A stretch of 20,000 bases of DNA from an uncultured virus (IMG/VR IMGVR_UViG_3300013382_000010) (lineage: Duplodnaviria; Heunggongvirae; Uroviricota; Caudoviricetes). The stretch lies in the IMG/VR virus record IMGVR_UViG_3300013382_000010. One strand, 5' to 3'. The position numbers were made by a program, and so were the translations under genes. Below the pieces are notes generated by a model, which was not told the origin of the DNA, made no database searches, and saw only the letters and a list, made by a program, of their open reading frames with translations. This document shows, piece after piece, positions 15,540 to 20,000 of the stretch; the first letter of the stretch is position 1, and every line of letters begins with the position of its first letter.

Positions 15540-16207
15540 GATTGAAAGTCTATAAATTTGTTATTTTCTAATATATATGAGTGAGTATAATCTAAACAAG
15601 AAAATATTTCAGAGTTTTCGGTATCAGATTCTACAATATTTTCAGATATATTCCATTTAAATACTTGGTGATATGGACTAAATCTAGGATATTCTATAAA
15701 CTTAATAGGATTACTATAAAGTGGACTAATATTACTAATATTCTTAGATACTTCTTGAATCTTGATAAATCTATCTAAATTTAAAGAAGGTATTATAAGT
15801 CCGGGATATTGTAAATTACAGATATTTGAATTTATAGAGAACCATGTATAGTTTATTCCTCCGTAAGTAAATAGATAAGTTTCATCACCCTGAGTTAACC
15901 ATGTATTTAAACTTAGTGGCAATGATTGCAATTTTTGTTTAGCAATAGTTAGGGAAGAATTTTGACTATTTAAAATGTTAGTTTCCCAATTACCTAAGAT
16001 AAGTTCAACTTTTCCAGAATCTTTATCTAATTCATCTGCAGTGAAAGATTTTAAAAGTAAACTTAATTTCTTTAATGATTTTTTAAAGTTACTTTTATCT
16101 ATACTGATATAATCTCCCAATACTATTATATGGTCAAAGTTGTCTTTATATTTAACAGCTTCTTCCCAAGGTGACAAAAAACAACTAGGTATTACTAGAA
16201 TCTTCAT
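15518..16207 (-). CDS. Degenerate (probably inactive) calcineurin-like metallophosphoesterase
   Basis: MKILVIP, IIVLGDYI, LILGNWE, YLFTYGGI, QVF and CLD fall at the spacing of the family motifs, but the His/Asp ligands are replaced. Confidence 0.7.
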   Translation of the reverse strand: MKILVIPSCFLSPWEEAVKYKDNFDHIIVLGDYISIDKSNFKKSLKKLSLLLKSFTADELDKDSGKVELILGNWETNILNSQNSSLTIAKQKLQSLPLSLNTWLTQGDETYLFTYGGINYTWFSINSNICNLQYPGLIIPSLNLDRFIKIQEVSKNISNISPLYSNPIKFIEYPRFSPYHQVFKWNISENIVESDTENSEIFSCLDYTHSYILENNKFIDFQSWVKNKK

Positions 16208-16472
16208 TTTGTAAATAATTAATTAATTGAACTATGGCATTATCCTCCCAATCATTCTCACTATAAAATGCTTTCTTAGGAGTATCTCCATCAAATATTA
16301 TACAGAATGGATCTACCTTAGCCCCCCAATACTCTTTCAGTTTCCAACCCTCCTTTTTACCATGTCTAGTAGTTGTATCTATATATTCTACTAGAAAAGG
16401 CTGCTTAAAGATAGTGTTTTTAAACTCCAAAGCCTGTTGAGGATCATTATATACAATATATACGCTAATCAT
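16185..16472 (-). CDS. Thioredoxin/glutaredoxin-like fold protein lacking CxxC (tentative)
   Basis: 95 aa; beta-alpha-beta pattern, VEYID and WGAKVDPFCII resembling the cis-Pro motif (G...VP..). Confidence 0.5.
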   Translation of the reverse strand: MISVYIVYNDPQQALEFKNTIFKQPFLVEYIDTTTRHGKKEGWKLKEYWGAKVDPFCIIFDGDTPKKAFYSENDWEDNAIVQLINYLQNEDSSNT

Positions 16473-17821
16473 TTATTAAATATATTTACATCACTACGAG
16501 TTCTACTAAAAGCTACATATTCAAGCTGTCTGCGTACTGCAGATTCACAACATTTCTTAAGATTACTTAGATCTATATATACTTTATTATATGACGAACC
16601 TTGTGCTCTATGAATTGTACAACTATATCCTAAATCAAATGTCTTTTTAAAGACTACTCTATCCTCATATATTAAATTATCATAAGAACAGAAAGATTTA
16701 GTTAATGCCATATAAGATTGCCACTTATTAGTCTTCAAAGCTCTTAATCTAAGATCTTCTATTTTTTCAGGTAAGTCTGGATATTTACTTACATCTGTTA
16801 ATAGAAATATTAGTCCATAAGATTTATTGTAATTATCGTACAATGTTAGCCAATATCCATCAACATCACCATAACAAGGTAATCTCTTATATCCTGCACA
16901 GACATTGGTAATAAAATAATCCATTCCATTGTAATAGTCGAAATAACTTATAGTTTCTTCACCATTACTAGTTAATTGTACCCCACTTCTACCGTTAGCA
17001 TAAGCAGTTAATATATCACCTACATGGAATAAATCTTTATCTTTCCATATAAATCTCTGAATAGCCTTATTATAATTTCTTACAGCTTTATTAGTATAGA
17101 CTAACATTTTAGTGTATAAAATATCTTTATTAGAAATAGCTTGCTTATAATCGGCTGCACACTTTCTAACAAATTCTTTTATATCTGTATATACATTTAA
17201 ATCTCCATCAGAAGAATGTAAAGGTTTAAAATTACGAATTTCTTCAGTTCGCAATTTAGTTAATATTGGTAATATACAATTCTCATCTGACTGCCTATAT
17301 ATTTTAGTCAGAGTATAAGTTTTATCACAATTAGTATATACTTTAGAGAATCTGACTGTATCTACTGGAAATAATTGAGCTTTATCACTTACAAATATTA
17401 TCTTACATTTATAATCTTTACACTTCTCTATTAGTAAATCAAATAAATCATCATTAATCATAGAGGCTTCATCACATATTACTACTCCTTTATAAGGAAT
17501 CTGAAGATTATCTTTAGTAGATAAAAACTTTAAATCTAATAGATTAAATTTCTCTATATAAAGATTTGGAGTTAATGCTAATAAACTATGAATTGTAATA
17601 GCAGACCTACCACAATAATTCATCATTACTATAGAAGCCTTATGTGTAGGAGCACATAATACTATAGACATATTTAACTCATCTATTTTAGGTAATAGTT
17701 GAGATATGGTATAACTTTTACCTGTTCCAGCAGCCCCTACTAAACTAAAACATACGTCTGAGGACTTTAGAAATTCTAGAATTAAATCTATTGCTTTCTG
17801 TTGATCAGTTCCTAACTGCAT
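16469..17821 (-). CDS. dda: SF1B DNA helicase, Dda/RecD-like
   Basis: Walker A GAAGTGKS, APTHKA, TIHSLL, DEASM, D.AQL.PV, LTKIYRQ, YTN, TIHRAQGSSY and YVAFSR. Confidence 0.93.
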   Translation of the reverse strand: MQLGTDQQKAIDLILEFLKSSDVCFSLVGAAGTGKSYTISQLLPKIDELNMSIVLCAPTHKASIVMMNYCGRSAITIHSLLALTPNLYIEKFNLLDLKFLSTKDNLQIPYKGVVICDEASMINDDLFDLLIEKCKDYKCKIIFVSDKAQLFPVDTVRFSKVYTNCDKTYTLTKIYRQSDENCILPILTKLRTEEIRNFKPLHSSDGDLNVYTDIKEFVRKCAADYKQAISNKDILYTKMLVYTNKAVRNYNKAIQRFIWKDKDLFHVGDILTAYANGRSGVQLTSNGEETISYFDYYNGMDYFITNVCAGYKRLPCYGDVDGYWLTLYDNYNKSYGLIFLLTDVSKYPDLPEKIEDLRLRALKTNKWQSYMALTKSFCSYDNLIYEDRVVFKKTFDLGYSCTIHRAQGSSYNKVYIDLSNLKKCCESAVRRQLEYVAFSRTRSDVNIFNK

Positions 17822-17824
17822 AAA

Positions 17825-18589
17825 TCATAATTCTTTGTTAAATCTGGCTTTTTCATTTCTTATTAACTTGTTATTGAATTTTTTATCTTTTAAATATTCC
17901 AACCATAAATCCTTAAATTTTTTATCTATAGAAACGAATTTAGATAAAAAATAAGATTCAATGTTCTCTCTATCTACAATTGTTAGTTTATCTAAATATT
18001 GACGTGTAATTTCATCATCATAGGAATTATCTTGGAAGATAATTTTATTTACTAAATATGCCAAATATACTACTAATTCAAATCTAGGAAATTCCTTAGT
18101 AGATACTAATTTACCATTAATAGTAATATTATATCTGTATCTGTAAGGATAGATACATGTACGATAAATTCCTTTATATCCAAAAGAAGTAATAGGTATT
18201 CTTTTAAACTTCTTAAGTTTTACTATTAATAGATTATCTCTAGTATAATTAAAAAGGTCATTATCTTTAAATGTTACTTTCTGAATACTGTCTGTTTTCA
18301 TTAGTATATTTAAAAGATAATGACCTTCTGAATCAATTAGATAAGGTTTAGTATTTACATATTTAATAAACCATTTGTGAGTTTGAATTGTATCTAAATC
18401 TTTAATATCGAAGATGAATATTTTATCATCAATATATAATTTATTATCAACAATTACGTTATCTGCCTTTAGATGTTTCCTACTTAGAGATTCATGGTGA
18501 TATTTACACAAGTCCATATTATATTTAATACTATGGACTATTCTAGTTTCTTTTTCAGTTTTACCACAAATTCTACATACTCGAAACAT
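17825..18589 (-). CDS. Degenerate HNH endonuclease / AP2-domain DNA-binding protein with N-terminal Zn-ribbon-like motif
   Basis: CRICG...LCKYH; FD..D...I..HKW; KVTFKDNDLFNYTRDNL resembles VDHINxNxLDNRxxNL; TSFGYKGIY resembles the AP2 start. Confidence 0.65.
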   Translation of the reverse strand: MFRVCRICGKTEKETRIVHSIKYNMDLCKYHHESLSRKHLKADNVIVDNKLYIDDKIFIFDIKDLDTIQTHKWFIKYVNTKPYLIDSEGHYLLNILMKTDSIQKVTFKDNDLFNYTRDNLLIVKLKKFKRIPITSFGYKGIYRTCIYPYRYRYNITINGKLVSTKEFPRFELVVYLAYLVNKIIFQDNSYDDEITRQYLDKLTIVDRENIESYFLSKFVSIDKKFKDLWLEYLKDKKFNNKLIRNEKARFNKEL

Positions 18590-19053
18590 TATTTATTTAC
18601 ATAGATTATATGCTGATTGGTTGAACCCTTAAATGGATTGTTAGAAGTAGTGTCTAATTTATCTATTTCAAATGGCCCATCTACTAATACATCTACATTA
18701 TTATCTACAAATTCTTTTAATGGTTTTGGCAATTCTTTATAATAATATCCAGTATAGCACCAGACATCTTTATTAAGATTATGTACTTCTTTACATAAGT
18801 CTGCTAATTCTTTAGTATTAGTAAATTGTAAAGGTTCCCCACCACTTAAAGTTAGTCCTTTTATGTAGGGTAATTTACAAATATCTAATATTTTCTTTTT
18901 AGTTTCAGAATTATAGATATGTCCAAAGTAATAATCCCAAGATTCCGGATTGTGACATCCCTTACATTTGTGGGAACATCCACTTAACCATAGAGTAACT
19001 CTACACCCAATACCATTATTAAGATCTGGATAACTAATATTTATATAGTTCAT
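18589..19053 (-). CDS. nrdG: Anaerobic ribonucleotide reductase activating enzyme (radical SAM)
   Basis: NG.G.RVTLW.SGCSHKCKGCHNP, LSGGEP, YTGY, DVLVDG and GSTNQ. Confidence 0.97.
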   Translation of the reverse strand: MNYINISYPDLNNGIGCRVTLWLSGCSHKCKGCHNPESWDYYFGHIYNSETKKKILDICKLPYIKGLTLSGGEPLQFTNTKELADLCKEVHNLNKDVWCYTGYYYKELPKPLKEFVDNNVDVLVDGPFEIDKLDTTSNNPFKGSTNQHIIYVNK

Positions 19054-20000
19054 TCTATTATTTTTATATGTTTTACCCTATGCTCTACCTCATCTTGCTT
19101 GCCTTTATTGAAGGCTGTGGTATAGTTGCCAGTAAGATAGCCCGTTACCCTGCGCAATCTATTGATATTAGTGCTTCCACAGTTAGGACACTTATCAGAA
19201 ATCTCTCCCTGATACCCACAATCCTTACATCTATCGGCAGGAATATTAATTGCAAAATAAGGTATGTCTTTATCCATAGCATAATCAACTATAGTTTCCA
19301 ATCCATCTATGTTATTGATTACACTACTATCAAGTTCTACATAAGTAATACATCCAGCATTACTATATCCAGTCAATTGAGATTCAATATCTATCTTTTC
19401 AAAAGGAGTAATCTTCTTCCATACAGGTACATGCATACTGTTAGTAAAGAACTCTTTATCACTTACATTAGGGATCACTCCATACTTCTTTCTGAACTTC
19501 TTTAAAGCTGTATATGATAAATTTTCTGCGGGAGTTAAATATACGCCGAAATTCAGCTTATATTTCTCTTTAAATTCCTTACATCTTTGACTATAAAGAG
19601 ATTCTATACGTTTAGCTAACTGCATTCCTTCATCAGTAGTTTGGTCTGTACCAATTAAAAGTTGTAAGCATTCAGCTAAACCTAGTTGTCCTACAGCTAG
19701 GGTATTATGCTTCATAGCACTAATAATACCTTCTTTAGGATTATAACCTTCCATTAATCCATTTTCCCACATGAATTTAGCAGAATCTGGAGATTGAGAA
19801 CATATATAATTAAATCTCTCAATCAACATATCTTTAGCTTCATGGATCTTTTCATCAAGGAGCTTCATAAAAGACTCTACATCCCTATCAGCTTCCATTG
19901 CAATAGTTGGAAGTATTATAGTTACAGGACAAATATTACCTCTACCATCTTTAAGCTGCCCAAATCCATTAATATCGCAGCTAGTGGCCGTACGGCAACT
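19050..20000 (-). CDS. nrdD: Anaerobic (class III) ribonucleoside-triphosphate reductase, C-terminal part (runs off the right edge)
   Basis: The frame is open beyond 19898 to the window end (SCRTATSCDINGFGQLKDGRGNICPVTIILPTIA); Y.TPAENL, FTNSMH, CxxC...CxxC Zn site and glycyl-radical motif RVTGYL. Confidence 0.97.
   Translation of the reverse strand, partial: SCRTATSCDINGFGQLKDGRGNICPVTIILPTIAMEADRDVESFMKLLDEKIHEAKDMLIERFNYICSQSPDSAKFMWENGLMEGYNPKEGIISAMKHNTLAVGQLGLAECLQLLIGTDQTTDEGMQLAKRIESLYSQRCKEFKEKYKLNFGVYLTPAENLSYTALKKFRKKYGVIPNVSDKEFFTNSMHVPVWKKITPFEKIDIESQLTGYSNAGCITYVELDSSVINNIDGLETIVDYAMDKDIPYFAINIPADRCKDCGYQGEISDKCPNCGSTNINRLRRVTGYLTGNYTTAFNKGKQDEVEHRVKHIKIIE

Noticed and set aside
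1424..19505. Plus-strand ORFs in the track (1424, 2095, 2108, 3325, 6750, 6830, 8319, 11468, 15081, 19068) and nested minus ORFs (2322-2600, 3437-3697, 10474-10668)
   Set aside because: All lie essentially within well-supported minus-strand genes and show no recognisable motifs; they are shadow ORFs.
1..20000. Stop-codon reassignment (TAG or TGA), known in some crAss-like phages
   Set aside because: Long genes (polA, helicase, ligase, nrdD) are uninterrupted in the standard code, and TAG and TGA end genes at tight overlaps. Recoding elsewhere in the genome cannot be excluded.

Overview
AT-rich, gene-dense segment with about 33 genes, all on the minus strand and often overlapping by ATGA or TAATG. 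Starts typically follow an AT-rich WATT-ATG context with no Shine-Dalgarno, which is typical of Bacteroidota. Gene content is a phage DNA-replication and nucleotide-metabolism module, most like a crAss-like (Crassvirales) gut phage (inference). In transcription order it encodes NrdD (partial), NrdG, a degenerate HNH-AP2 protein, a Dda-like SF1 helicase, a degenerate metallophosphoesterase, dUTPase, an ATP-dependent DNA ligase, a Bacteroidota-type sigma70 factor, a family A DNA polymerase, a PI-PLC-like protein, a GMP reductase/IMPDH-family enzyme, an intact metallophosphoesterase, a 9-aa-repeat protein, ThyX and a DUF3310 protein. The most unusual element is the only large non-coding gap (13481-13904). 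It is GC-enriched, rich in helices, bracketed by 14-bp direct repeats and carries a Bacteroidota -7 promoter match, making it a candidate unclassified structured ncRNA. Other points of interest are the phage copy of the host-type primary sigma factor, beta-clamp-like QxxLF motifs in both polymerase and ligase, two apparent pseudoenzymes, and a 94-bp AT-rich inverted repeat. All calls come from manual motif reading; no database searches were run.
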